Source of the DNA: Heptranchias perlo
Taxonomy: Eukaryota
NCBI RefSeq assembly: GCF_035084215.1
Contig: NW_027139559.1
Span: forward strand, 1,612,001-1,676,000
Length of the DNA stretch: 64,000 bases
Direction of reading: 5' to 3'
Of the stretch, positions 25,680 through 38,546 are shown piece by piece (positions within the stretch are counted from its first letter, which is position 1; each line of letters opens with the position of its first letter). Under the pieces are notes generated by a model. The model made no database searches and was not told where the DNA came from. It worked only from the letters and a program-made list of their open reading frames with translations. A program made the translations under genes and the position numbers.

Positions 25680-28600
25680 TCATAGAATGATGTAGTCATA
25701 GAAAGGTTACAGCACAGAAGGAGGCCATTCGACCCATCCTCCCCGTGCCGGCTCTTTGTCAGAGCAATCCGATTAGTCCTATTGGCCCGTTCTTTTCCCG
25801 TAGCCCTGCACGTTTTTTTCCACTGCAAGTATTTATCCAATTCATTTTTGAAAGCCACGATTGAATCTGCTTCGATCACACTTTCAGGCATCTCATTCCA
25901 GGTCATAACTACTCATTGCATAAACACGTTTTTCCTCCTGTCGCCTTTGGTTCTTTTGCCAATCACCTTCGATCTGCGTCTTCTGTTTCTCGAGTTTTCC
26001 GCCAATATGAACAGTTTCTCTTTCTTTACATTATCTAAACCCTTCATGATTTTGAACACTTCTATCAAATCTCCTCTTAACCTCCTCTGCTATAAGGAGA
26101 ACAACCGCAGCTTCTCCAGTCTATCCACGTAACTGAAGTCCTTCATCCCTGGAACCATTCTGTAAATCGCTTCTGCACCCTGTCTAATGTCTTCACTTCT
26201 TTCCTGAAGTGCAGTGCCCAGAATTGGACACAATACTCCAGTTGTTGCCGAAGCAGTGTTTTATAAACGCTCAACCTAACTTCCTTGCTTTTGCACTCTA
26301 TGCCTCTATTTACAAAGCCCAGGATTCCGTAGGCTTTTTTAACCACTTTCTCAACCTGTCCTGCCGCCTTCAAAAAATTCTAAACATTTACCCCAAAATC
26401 GCACTGTTCTTGCACATCCCCCCACCGCCTAGAATTGTATCATTTAGTTTTTTATTGCCTCTCCTCGTTCTTCCTGCGAAAATATATCACTTCGCACTTC
26501 TCGACATTAAATCTAATTTACCAAACGTCCGCCCATTCCACCAGCCTGTCGATGTCCTCCTGAAGTCATATACTATCCACCTCACTCTTCACTACGCTTC
26601 CAAGTTTTGTGTAATTTGCAGGTTTTGACATTGTGCTCTGTACACCCAAGTCCAAGTCATTAATATGTATCCAAAAAAGTCGTACGGTGCTCTGGGGAAC
26701 ACCATTATATACCTTCCTCTCGTCTGAAAAACAACCACTTCTCTCTGTTTCCTATCACGTGATCTATTTTTTATCTCTCTGGCCACTGCGCATCTCATTC
26801 CATTTGCTCAAATTTGGTGACAAGCCTATGATATGGCACTGAATCAAACACCCTGTGGAAGTCCATATTCACAATATCAAATGCATTCTCCTCATCAACC
26901 CTCTCTGTTGCCTCATCAAAAACGAAATCAAGTTATTTAAACACGATTTGCCTTTATCAAATCCGTGCTGGGTTTCCTTTATTAATTCACACTTGTCTAA
27001 GTGACTATTAATTTTGTCCCATATTATCATTTCTAAAAGCTTCCCCGCGACCGAGGTTAAACTGACTGGCCTGTAGTTGCCGAGTTTATCCTTACGCTCT
27101 CTTTTAAACAAGGGTGTAGCATTTGCAATTCTCCAGTCCTCTGGCATCACTCCCATATATAAGGAGGATTGCAAGATTATGGCCAGCACCTCTGCAATGT
27201 CCACCCTGGAGCGGGTGACATATCTACTTTAAGTACAGCCAGCCTTTCGAGTACCTCCTCTTTGTCATTTTTTAGCCCATCCAGAATCTCAACTACCTCT
27301 TCACTTACTGTGACTTTGGCAGCATCTTCTTTCTTGGTAAAGACAGTTGCAAAGTACGCATCTACTAACTCCGCTATGCCCACTGCCTCCATGAGTAGAT
27401 CTCCTTTTTGGTCCTTAATCAGTCCCACCCCGCCTCTCACTGTCCGTTTATTATTTACATGCCGACAGAAGACTTTTGAATTCACTGTTATGTTTACCGC
27501 CAGTCTATTCTCATACTCTCTGTTTTCCATAGTTATTTCCCTTTTCACATCTCCGCTGCACTTTCTATATTCACCCTGGTTCGGACTAGAATTATCAACC
27601 TGACATCTGTCATAAGCCCCCTGTTTATGCTTCATCTTACTCTCTACCTCTTTCGTTATCCGGGAATCTCTGGCTTTGGTTGCCCATCTTTCCTCCTCGT
27701 GGGAATGTATCTAGACCGTACCCGAACCACGTCCTCTTTAAAGGCGGCTCATTGTTTGATTATAGTTTCGCCTTCCAATCTTTGATTCCAATTTACTCGG
27801 TCAAGGTCCGTTCTCAACCCACTGAAATTGGCCCTCCTCCAATTATGTATTTTTACTCTAGCCCATCTCCTGCTAAGTAATCTTGCGTTTGATTTTTCCT
27901 TGTCACTTTCTACAACTAACCTGAACCTTATGATTCCATGATGACTGTTCCCTAAATTTCCCTCCCCGTGTCACTTACTCCACTTGGCCCACCTCATTCC
28001 CCAGAACCAGATCTCGCAATGCCTCCTTCTTTGTTGGGCCATAAACATACTGATCAAGAAAGCTCTCCTGAACACAATTCAGAAATTCCTCCCCCTCTTT
28101 GTTCTATGCACTATTAATATTCCATTCTATTTTAGGATAGTTGAAGTCCCTCTTATCACTGCTCTATAGTCCTTGCACATCTCCGTAATTTCCCTGCAAA
28201 TTCACTCCTCTATATCCTCCCCACTAATTGGTGGCCTATCGAATAAACTCAGTAATGCAATGACACCGATATTGTTTCTTAACTCTAACGAAATAGACTT
28301 TGTCCTTGATCCCTCAAGGACATCATCTCTCTCCAGCGCTGCAATATTCTCCGTAATCAATGCTGCCACCCCCGCCACTACCTCCCCCTACAAACCTATT
28401 TCTTGTCTTTCCTGAAAACCTTGTATCGAGGAATATTTAGTACACATTCCTGCACTTTTTTGAGCCAGGCCTCTGTTACTTCTACCATTTCATATTCCCA
28501 TGTGAATATTTGCGCCTGCAGCTCACCAACCTTATTTACTACGCTTCGTGGGTTTACACACATCCACTCTATACCTATCTTCAACCTTCTCGTCTTCTTT

Positions 28601-29154
28601 CTTAGTCTGACCCCACCTAATAATGTGCTATTTCTTACTCTAGTGCTATCTCTCTCTCTCTCTCAATCATTTGTGCACCTCGTTTCTCCTTTCTAATGCT
28701 ACATCCTGCTGCCCAACCCCCTTCCAAAATAGATCAAATCCCCCCACCACTTGTGAACCTTCCCATATGTTCATTGGTCCCAGCTCGTTTGCGGTACAAA
28801 CCATCCAGCTTGAAAATGTTCCCCCTCTCCCAGAACTGGTCTCAATGCCCCAAGAATCTGAAACTCTCCCTCTTGCACATGTCTTTAGTCACACATTACC
28901 CTGTCTTATCTTCCTATTTATCTACTCACTCGCGTGTTGCACTGGGAGTAATCCAAATGTTACTAATGTTGAGGTCCTGCTTTTTAACTTCATCCGAGCT
29001 CCTGAAATTCTAGCCGCAGGACCCCATGCCTTTTCTTTCCTTTGTCGTTGGTACCCACATGGAACACGATATCTGGCTGTTCCGCTTCCCCCCGCAGAAT
29101 GTTCCACACCCTTCACTCTGGCACCAGAGAGGCAACACACCAAGAGGGACTCCA
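25680..29154 (-). mobile_element. Long decayed CR1 LINE (ORF1 esterase remnant, APE endonuclease, RT, 3' tail)
   Basis: SRTSTLVTFGLLPV (ORF1), NPRSVVNKVGEL..VTEAWL (endonuclease), NYRPVSLTSV, QHGF (RT). Confidence 0.92.
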
Positions 29155-29359
29155 TCAATTAGTCTAACATAACCAAAGAGTGTAAAGGAAAAGAAGGTGA
29201 GGAGTTCCTGAAAGGTGTACAAGAGAACTTCAATTATCAGTAGGTTTCCAGCCCAAAGAGGAAGAAAACAGGGGTGGATTATCATATTCATTATATCACT
29301 GTGTGTTGGTTATCATTTTCAATTCAACAGTTCAATGTCATATTGTTACTTTGTGTATC

Positions 29360-30015
29360 ACTTATCATATCCAATTTAACAATAACTTAATTTCTCTTCT
29401 ATTGATTATCATATCCAATTTAACATTAACTTGATTTCTCTTCTATTGATTATCATTTCCAATTTAACATTAAATTGATTTCCCTTCTATTGATTATCAT
29501 TTCCAATTTAACAATAACTTGATTTCTCTTCTATTGATTATCATTTCCAAATTGAACAATAACTTGATTTCCCTTCTATTGATTATCATTTCCAATTTAA
29601 CAATAGCTTGATTTCCCTTCTATTGATTATCATTTCCAATTTAACAATAGCTTGATTTCCCTTCTATTGATTATCATTTCCAATTTAACATTAAATTGAT
29701 TTCCCTTCTCTTGATTATCATTTCCAATTTAACAATAACTTGATTTCCCTTCTATTGATTATCATTTCCAATTTAACATTAACTTGATTTCCCTTCTATT
29801 GATTATCATATCTAATTTAACAATAACTTGATTTCCCTTCAGTTGATTATCATTTCCAATTGAACAAAAACTTGATTTCCCTTCTATTGATTATCATTTC
29901 CAGTTTAACATTAACTTGATTCCCCGTCTATTGATTATCACATCCAATTTTACAATAACTTGATTCCCCTTCTTTAATTATCATATCCAAATTAACAATA
30001 ACTTGATTTCCCCGT
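29360..30015. repeat. AT-rich 44-bp minisatellite (duplicate, slightly longer)
   Basis: Same unit as 8510-9085. Confidence 0.92.
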
Positions 30016-31487
30016 TTTCATATCGAGCTTTACGATTAACTGTAACTGCCTTTCTCTGTGTATTTGTTATCATCTCCTAATTAGCAGTGAACTGAAAATG
30101 TATTCCGCTTTGTATTGTTTATCATATCCAATTTAACAATTAACGAATCCTTTTTTGGCTGTGCATTATCTATTATTGCCTAATTATCTATTAACTGGTT
30201 GATGAAGTGTTCTTATTCATAATGTACTGCTCAACTCAATTAAATTTTTAATCTTTGAAAGCCAGTTGTCTTCCAGGAACATAGGAATAGGAGTAGGCCA
30301 TTCAGCCTCTCGAGCCTGTTCCGTCATTCAATGAGATCATGTCTCATGTATATCCCAACTCCATCCACCTACCTTGGACCTATATCCCTCAAGGTTCTTG
30401 GCTAACAATAAACTATGGATCTCAGATTTAAAATTAAGAATAGAATTAGCATCTACTGCTTTCTGTCTGAGAGAGTTCCACACTTCTACCAACTTTTGCG
30501 CCTCAAAACTTCTCTCCTCAATGGCCTGGCACTGATTGCAAGGTTATGTCCCTTTTTCCGAGCCTTCCTCAGAAGCAGAAACAATTTTAGCTCTATGTAC
30601 CCTCTCAATGCCTTTCAAATTCCTAGAAGTCTCAATCAAACATCTTCTATATTTCTGGGAGGACTAGTCTATTATATGTACTGTCTCATAAATTAAGCCA
30701 CTGAAACCTGGTAACATTCTGGACAATATGAGCTAACTTCGTTCCAAGGTCAACATATCCTTTCTCGGGTATGTAGTAAGCATACAGTACAAGCAATAAC
30801 ACTTAAACCTGTTCTTTAAAGGCAATATTTATAAGAAACCTGTGAATGGAAACTTGTTACAGTTCTGAGCTCAGTATCTTCGGCCTTTGCGGAACCGAAC
30901 CCTTATTGCACAGCGACAGTTTTGTCCGTGGTTCTTACTGTGTCTACGTGACAATCCATAAATTCTGCATCACATAATTGTATAAAAGTTAAAATTGCAA
31001 CTTCATATAAGGAGAATTTATGCGTTTATCCCTTAAAATTATTTGTATTTTCCTTACTTAAAAAGCTCATTTTCCTGTCGCACGAACTATATCTGCCTTA
31101 CTTTGTTATCGTGCCTGTTGTTTCGCTATTTATCCAATAATTGCCATTCTTGCAGGTGAAACCATTAATTATAAGTCTGCCTTTGTTTGTGCATCATTCG
31201 GATAATGTTAACCCAGGCGTTTTCCTTTGCAGCACAAACTTTTCACCCACTCTTTCATCAAATGCTTCAGTATTGAATGGCAGTCTTTAATTAAACCTCT
31301 TATTACTTCATCCTGAAACTGACCATTGCTGTAGGGTAAGTCAGGCCCAATGGACCAGTGCTACTTTAAATTGACTGAGAATTCCCCACTGAACAGGTAA
31401 GGGCTAAAGTTGAGCATTTTTACAATATGAAGACAAGTCAATAGCAGAACAACATTAACAGACTTCAGGACAGTCTTAGTAAACTTC

Positions 31488-32750
31488 GGTACCGCTGGGA
31501 TCATTTTTTTGGCCCGAACTATTCACGAGTTGGCCGGCAGTGTCTAGTGGGGTACCGCAGGGATCAGTGCTTGGACCCGAGATATTCACGGGTTGGCAGG
31601 CAGTGACTAGTGGGATACCACAGGGATCATTTTTTGGCACGAGCTATTCACTGGTTGGCAGACAGTTACTAGTGGGGTACCGCAGGGATCAGTTTTTGGG
31701 CACCAGCTATTCACGGGGTGTCAGGCAGTGACTTTTCGGGTAACGCAGGGATCAGTGCTTAGGTCCCAGCTATTCACAATATGTATCAATGATTTGGATG
31801 AGGGAACCAAATGTAGTATTTCCAAGTTTGCTGACGACAGAAAAATAGGTGGGATCGTGAGTTGTGTGGAGGATGCAATGATGCTTCAAGGCGGTTTGGA
31901 CAAGTTGAGTGAGTGGACAAATACATGTTAGATGCAGTATAATGTGGATAAATGCGAAGTTATCCACTTCGGAAGGAAGCACAGAAAGACAGAGTATTAT
32001 TTAAATGGTGATAGATTGGGAAACGTTGATGTGCAAAGGCTCCTGGGTGTCCTTGTACACCAATCACTGAAATCAAACATGCAGGTGCAGCAAGCAGTTA
32101 GGAAGGCAAATGGTATGTTGGCCTTCATTGCAAGAGGATTTGGGTACAGGGGCAAGGATGTCTTACTGCAGTTATACAGGGCCTTGTTGAGACCACACCT
32201 GGAGTGTTGTGCACAGTTACCCGAAGAAAGGATATACTTGTCATAGAGGGAGTGCAGCGAAGGTTCACCAGACTGATTCCTGGGATGGCAGTTCTGTCGT
32301 ATGAAGAAAGAATGGGTCGATTCGGCCTGTATTCACTTGAGTTTAGAAGAATGCGAGGGGATCTCATTGAAACGTATAAAATTCTAACAGGGCTGGACAG
32401 ACTGGATGCAGGGAAGAAGTTTCCCCTGTCTGGGGGTTCCAGAACGAGGGGTCTCAGTCTTAAGATACGGGGTAGGTCATTTAGGACTCAGATGAGGAGA
32501 AATTTCTTCACTCAGAGGGTGGTGAAATTGTGGAATTCTCTACCACAGGAGGCTGTTGAGGCCAAGTCGCTGAATATATTTAAGAAGGAGCCAAATAGAT
32601 TTCTTGACACCAAAGGCATCAAGGAGTCTAGGGAGAGAGCGGGAATATGGTATTGAGATAGAGGAAGAGCCATAATCATATTAAATGGCGGAGCAGGCTC
32701 GAAGGGCCGAATTGCCTACTCCTGCTCCTATTTTCTATGTTTCTATGTTT
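31488..32750 (+). mobile_element. CR1 3' fragment (duplicate copy)
   Basis: ORFs 31728-32656 give the CR1 RT C-terminus. Confidence 0.9.
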
Positions 32751-33977
32751 AAATCCAGTCTATGTGAAAATTAAAATCTCCCATTATAACAACATAGCTT
32801 TCGTTACATGCTTCCCATGTCTCCTTATTGTTACATCCCCCATTAAATTACGACTACACAATGATCTGTGGACAATTCCTATCAGAGTCTTTAATGCTTG
32901 CTGTTACGTCGTTCAACTCATAGTGCATCCAATGCCTGATCTATTTAATTTTTGAGGAGTTCACTTGTAAGATAGGCATGGGAGTGTCTTAAGGTGTTGT
33001 GTAAAGGGACTTCCAGAAGGCATTCGTTAAAGCTCCACACAAAAAATATGCGCAGAAATGAGAGAGTATGGAATTGGAAGTGGCATTTTGATCTGTGTTG
33101 GGAATTGTTTGGGCGGTCGGAAATATATTGTGGAGATAAAGTGTTTGTTTTCTGATATTCTAAATGTGACAAGTGGTGTTCTCTGGGGATCTCTTCCGGG
33201 GAGTCAACTTTTCGACATATTTACTGATGACTTGGATGAAAGAATAGAGGGTTGTATATTTACGTTTGGAGGTTGCACTAAATTAGGAGGAACAGTAAGT
33301 AGTGTAGAGGGAAGCAGAAAGTTGAAAAGGGACAGAGACAGATTAATTGAGTGGGCAAAACTTTAACAGACGGAGTTCAACGTGAAGTCAGTTTCGATCT
33401 GGGAAAGATAACTTAAGAGTATAAATGGAGAGAAACGAGGAACTGAACAGTATACAAATAATTAAAAGCAAGTAGGCAGGTACAAAAAGCAATGAAAAAG
33501 ACTAATGGAAGAATGACATTTCTCTCAAGGGACTGGAATACAAAGGGGAGGAAGTTATGCTTCAGTTGTATAGAGGCTTGGTCAGACCCCATCGAGAGAT
33601 ACTGCGTTCAGTTTTGGGCAATGCAGCTCAGGATGTCCATATTTTTAAAATTCGTTCATGGGATGTGGCCGTCGCTGGCGAGGTCGGCATTTATTGCCCA
33701 TCTGTAATTGCCCTTGAAAAGGTGGTAGTGAGCCGCTTCTTGAACCGCTGTGGTCCGTGTGGTGAATGTTCTCCCACATTGCTGTTAGGAAGGGAGTTCC
33801 TGGATTTTTACCCAGCGACGATGAAAGGAGCGGCAATATGTTTCCAAGTCGCGATGGTGTGTGACTTGGAGCGGAACGTGCAGTTGGTGTTGTTCCCATG
33901 TGCCTGCTGCCCTTGTACTTCAAGTGTAAACAATTTTACAACACCAAGTTATAGTCCAGAAATTTTATTTTAAATTC

Positions 33978-34010
33978 ACAAGCTTTCGGAGGCTTCCTCC
34001 TTCGTCAGGT
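33978..34010 (-). ncRNA. Minimal hammerhead ribozyme motif in the inverted pLTR
   Basis: Minus strand CTGACGA-A-GGAGG-AAG-CCTCC-GAAA-GCTTGT. Confidence 0.7.
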
Positions 34011-34113
34011 AAATGTTCAGGAGCTCCTTGAAGCCTACGCATTTATACATCACAGAACAATACATGGTGTTTACAGACTGCCCCTGCAACTGCCCGTTGC
34101 CAAGGCAATCACC

Positions 34114-35829
34114 GTGTTCAGACAGAGAGGTGTCACCTGCAGAACCCCCGAATACACATTCAACAAAAAAACAAACAGGAAAAAAAAACAGAGAGAGGCA
34201 GAAACATCCGGAAGGCAGAGAAAGCCAGCAAAGATACACAAAGCCAACACACCCGGACGTCCCATCGTATCAGGCAACGGAACCCTGTGTGAGAACCTCT
34301 CTGGATACATCGAGGGCATCCTGAAACCCATCGTACAGGGAACCCCCAGCTTCTGTCGTGACACTACAGACTTCCTACAAAAACTCAGTACCCACGGACC
34401 AGTTGAACCAGGAACACTTCTCACCACGATGGACGTCTCGGCACTATACACCAGTATCCCCCACGATGACGGCATCGCTGCGACAGCATCAATACTCAAC
34501 ACCAACAACAGCCAATCTCCGGAAGCCATCCTACAACTCATCCGCTTCATCCTGGATCACAATGTCTTCACCTTCGATAACCAGTTCTTTACCCAAACAC
34601 ACGGAACAGCCATGGGGACCAAATTCGCACCCCAATACGCCAACATTTTCATGCACAAGTTCGAGCAGGACTTCTTCACTGCACAAGACCTCCAACCAAC
34701 ACTATACACCAGATACATCGACGACATTTTCTTTCTATGGACCCACGGCAAGGAATCACTAAAGAGACTACACGATAACATCAACAAGTTCCATCCCACC
34801 ATCAAGCTCACCATGGACTACTCCTCAGAATCAGTTTCTTTCTTGGACACACGAATCTCCATCAAAGACGGGCACCTCAGCACCTCACTCTACCGCAAGC
34901 CCACGGACAACCTCACGATGCTCCACTTTTCCAGCTTCCACCCTAACCACGTCAAAGAGGCCATCCCCTATGGACAGGCCCTGCGAATACACAGGGTCTG
35001 CTCAGACGAGGAGGAACGCGATGGACACCTACAGACGCTGAAAGACGCCCTAGTAAGAACGGGATATGACGCTCGACTCATCGATCGACAGTTCCGACGG
35101 GCCACAGCAAAAAATCGCATAGACCTCCTCAGGAGACTAACACGGGACGCAACCAACAGAGTACCCTTTGTCGTCCAGTACTTCCCCGGAGCGGAGAAAC
35201 TACGCCATGTTCTCCGCAGCCTTCAACATGTCATCAATGAGGACAAACACCTCGCTATGGCCATCCCCACACCTCCACTACTCGCCTTTAAACAGCCACC
35301 CAACCTCAAACAGACCATCGTTCGCAGCAAACTACCTAGCTTTCAAGAGAACAGCGTCCACGACGCCACACAACCCTGCCACGGTAACCTCTGCAAGACA
35401 TGCCAGATCATCGACACAGATACCACCATCACACGAGATGACACCACCCACCAGGTGCATGGTTCATACTCCTGTGACTCAGCCAACGTTGTCTACCTCA
35501 TACGTTGCAGGAAAGGATGCCCCAGAGCATGGTACATTGGCGAGACCATGCAGACGCTGCGACAACGGATGAACGGACACCGCGCAACAATCGCCAAACA
35601 GGAGGGTTCCCTCCCAGTCGGGGAACACTTCAGCAGTCATGGACATTCATCCACCGACCTTCGGGTAAGCGTACTCCAAGGCGGCCTTCGAGACACACGA
35701 CAACGCAAAATCGTCGAGCAGAAATTGATAGCCAAGTTCCGCACCCATGAGGACGGCCTCAACCGGGATCTTGGGTTCATGTCACGCTACACGTTACCCC
35801 ACCAGCGAACAAATGTTATCTGTTTTTAA
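34114..35829 (+). CDS. Penelope RT + GIY-YIG endonuclease (authentic coding starts ~34230 at KIHK)
   Basis: KIHK..PGRPIVS, TMDVSALYTSIP, QTHGTAMGTKFAP, RYIDDIF, NVVYLIRC..WYIGET, HF, GLN; no stops over ~530 codons. Confidence 0.93.
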   Translation: MFRQRGVTCRTPEYTFNKKTNRKKKQREAETSGRQRKPAKIHKANTPGRPIVSGNGTLCENLSGYIEGILKPIVQGTPSFCRDTTDFLQKLSTHGPVEPGTLLTTMDVSALYTSIPHDDGIAATASILNTNNSQSPEAILQLIRFILDHNVFTFDNQFFTQTHGTAMGTKFAPQYANIFMHKFEQDFFTAQDLQPTLYTRYIDDIFFLWTHGKESLKRLHDNINKFHPTIKLTMDYSSESVSFLDTRISIKDGHLSTSLYRKPTDNLTMLHFSSFHPNHVKEAIPYGQALRIHRVCSDEEERDGHLQTLKDALVRTGYDARLIDRQFRRATAKNRIDLLRRLTRDATNRVPFVVQYFPGAEKLRHVLRSLQHVINEDKHLAMAIPTPPLLAFKQPPNLKQTIVRSKLPSFQENSVHDATQPCHGNLCKTCQIIDTDTTITRDDTTHQVHGSYSCDSANVVYLIRCRKGCPRAWYIGETMQTLRQRMNGHRATIAKQEGSLPVGEHFSSHGHSSTDLRVSVLQGGLRDTRQRKIVEQKLIAKFRTHEDGLNRDLGFMSRYTLPHQRTNVICF

Positions 35830-36080
35830 TATAATGGGTCATTTGCTGGCTCTCTCTGCCTTCCGGATGTTTCTGCCTCTCTCTGTTTTTTTTTCTCTGT
35901 TTTTTTTCCCTGTTTGTTTTTTTATTGAATGTGTATTCGGAGGTTCTGCAGGTAACACCTCTCTGTCTGAACACGGTGATTGCCTTGGCAACGGGCAGTT
36001 GCAGGGGCAGTCTGTAAACACCATGTATTATTGTTCAATATGTATAAATGCGTAGGCTTCAAGGAGATATTGAAACATTT

Positions 36081-36113
36081 GCCTGAGGAAGGAGAAAATC
36101 TCCGAAAGCTTGT
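36081..36113 (+). ncRNA. Minimal hammerhead ribozyme motif in the Penelope 3' pLTR
   Basis: CTGAGGA-A-GGAGA-AAA-TCTCC-GAAA-GCTTGT. Confidence 0.7.
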
Positions 36114-36439
36114 GAATTTAAAATAAAATTGCTGGACTATAACTTGGTGTTGTAAAATTGTTTACAATTGTCAACCCCAGTCCATCACCGGCATCTCCAC
36201 ATCATAAATTGTCAGGCACTCCGTCAGATGGGACAATCCCCTTTCAACCAGCAGGGGTCCATGTTCGGCTCGATCGTATCGCTGGTGCACAAAGGTTGCA
36301 CTGATTAAATGTTCCGCCGCTAAAGTCTCAATGTGAAGAAATTAAAAGCACAGATGACAGCAAGCGAGGAGAGTTATGGAATTTGCTTATGCAGCCAAAA
36401 TATTACATAGAATCGGCTCCGCGGTCTGCACGTAATACA

Positions 36440-37960
36440 CAGAAATATATAAAAGTTAGAACACGGAAACAGACAATTAGACTCAAGCAGACTGTGTCGC
36501 CGATTGCTCTCCAAACAAACAACGAGTTCTTATACATTTACCCACCCCTTTTCCAGATCGCTCAAACCGCTTTTCTGCCTCCACCTGTCCAATCTAATTT
36601 TGAATGTTGACATAATTTATCTATGGGTTCTCGTCTTGACCCCTCAACCACTGGAAACAATCTGTTTCTATCTACCCTGTCCCATTCTTCAATCATTTTA
36701 AATATATCGTTCCATAATCGAAGTTGTTACAACGAAGAAAGGCCCAATTTTCAAATCTATCATCATATTTATATTTCCTCATACGAAGCAGCATCCTAGT
36801 CAGTCTGTGTTGTAATATTCTTCCCACAGTGTGGAGCCCAATACTGCACACTGTATTGAAGCTGCATCCTAGTCAGTAGGTGCTGTAATATTCTTCCTAT
36901 TGTCTGGAGCCCATTACTGCACACGGTCTTGCAGCAGCATCCTAGTCAGTCTGTGTTGTAATATTCTTCCTATAGTGTGGAGCCCAATACTGCACACAGT
37001 ACTCTAACTGAGGTCTTATTAAGGTTTTATATAGGCTCATCATCACCTATTGGGTTTTATATTCTGTGCCTCTTATAATAAACCTAGAATTCCATTAGCT
37101 TTTCCATAGCATTATCAACCTGACGTGCTGCCTTTTATGTCCTGTAAACCCATATCCCCAAATCCCTCTGCTCTTCCACAGCACTGTGCCTACTTCCATT
37201 CAGAGTATAATTGCTACTCTTGTCTTTATAAAAATGCATCAACTCACAATTACTGATATTGAATTCCATCTGCCACTTTTCAGTCCATTCCCCCATTTTA
37301 TTAATATCCCTTTCCAGCTTCCTTTGGCTCTCTAAATAATTAACTATACTCCTATTTTGGGATCACGTTCAAATTTCGATACCACTTTCTCCAGTCCTAG
37401 ATTCAGATCATTGGTGTATGTGGTGAATGGAAGTTTCCCCAGAACCGAATTCTGTGGGATATCCCTACCCAATTCCAACTACTCTGGATATAGTGAGCTC
37501 TCTGAAACGAATTATGTGGGATATCACTACCCAATTCCAACTTCTCTGAATATAGTGAGCTCTCTGAACCGAATCCTGAGGGATATCACTACCCACTTCC
37601 AACCACTCTGAAAATAGTGAGCTCTCTGTGGGATATCACTACCCACTTCCAACCACTCTGAATATAGTGAGCTCTCTGTGGGATATCACTACCCACTTCC
37701 AATCACTCTGAATATAGTGAGCTCTCTGTGAGATATTACTACCCACTTCCAACCACTCTGAATATAGTGAGCTCTCTGTGGGATATCACTACCCACTTCC
37801 AACCACTCTGAACATAGTGAGCTCTCTGTTTCCTCTCTTCTAATCTCTTTTAATCCAGTTTACCCTCCTCTCCTTATTTCTATGCTCCATAATCTTGACA
37901 TAATTTCCACTGTGGTAACTTGTTAAAGGCATTCTTAAAGTCCATGTACTTTGCAAACCA
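36440..37960 (-). mobile_element. Old CR1 fragment with internal ~71-bp (36790-37010) and 50-bp (37440-37830) tandem arrays
   Basis: CR1 3'-end remnants; unit GGGATATCACTACCCACTTCCAACCACTCTGAATATAGTGAGCTCTCTGT. Confidence 0.75.
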
Positions 37961-38376
37961 AACTGCAGGTCCGGTGCTGTTAATGCGGCTGATGCGAAGT
38001 TTGGGTTTCGTGGTTATCGCGGGGCGGCCGCTCCGTTTGTCACCGTAAAAAAAATATAGTAGTAATTATTTGAGAGAGCGCATTTTTGCTGTTTCCGATG
38101 GGTTGAACTGCCATATAAGTGCGGATATTATTCTTAATATAGCATTAAAGTGTCACCAAATTATTACACTGGGAGAAGTATGGAAGCACAATACACGTGG
38201 ATGCAAAGTTCCCAACAGAGTTCCCATGAAGCGTGTGCTCCATATCTCTACTGATCTCTTCATGTAAATTGGATGAAGATTTCACTGGCGTGAGTGACTA
38301 TGGATATAGGGGACATGAAGCAACACATCACAAACCGCGAGCTATACTCACTGCGAATGGTCTCTCCCTCTGCCCT

Positions 38377-38409
38377 ATGCAAATCAGCTCACGCTCTCGC
38401 GATTTATAA
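38377..38409 (+). promoter_or_regulatory. IgNAR promoter: octamer ATGCAAAT (38377-38384) and TATA-like TTTATAA (38403-38409)
   Basis: Perfect Ig octamer in heavy-chain orientation ~20 bp upstream of a TATA-like box and ~120 bp upstream of the leader ATG. Confidence 0.8.
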
Positions 38410-38503
38410 GGACGGTGCTCAGATACACACGGTTACACAGCACAGTCGGTGTTGAGGTCTGGAGTTGGCCCTGTTTAAAGTGTTCACTGCTTGTGAAGAC
38501 ACA

Positions 38504-38546
38504 ATGAATATTTTCTGGGTTTCGGTCCTTTTAGCCTCGTTACCGA
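38504..38546 (+). CDS. IgNAR: IgNAR leader exon (MNIFWVSVLLASLP)
   Basis: Resembles the IgNAR signal peptide MNIFLLSVLLALLP; phase-1 donor A|GTAAGT at 38547. Confidence 0.95.

Larger units (their letters stand above)
29155..33922 (+). repeat. Segmental duplication, copy 2
   Basis: Direct repeat of 8308-12938; ends exactly where the Penelope element begins. Confidence 0.95.
33923..36205 (+). mobile_element. Penelope-like retroelement, 5'-truncated, with inverted pLTR copy at the 5' end
   Basis: ~33925-34232 is the reverse complement of ~35842-36166; internal RT plus GIY-YIG ORF. Confidence 0.95.

Noticed and set aside
34114-34230. N-terminus of the 571-aa ORF as a real start
   Set aside because: Derived from the inverted pLTR fused to a 5'-truncated RT
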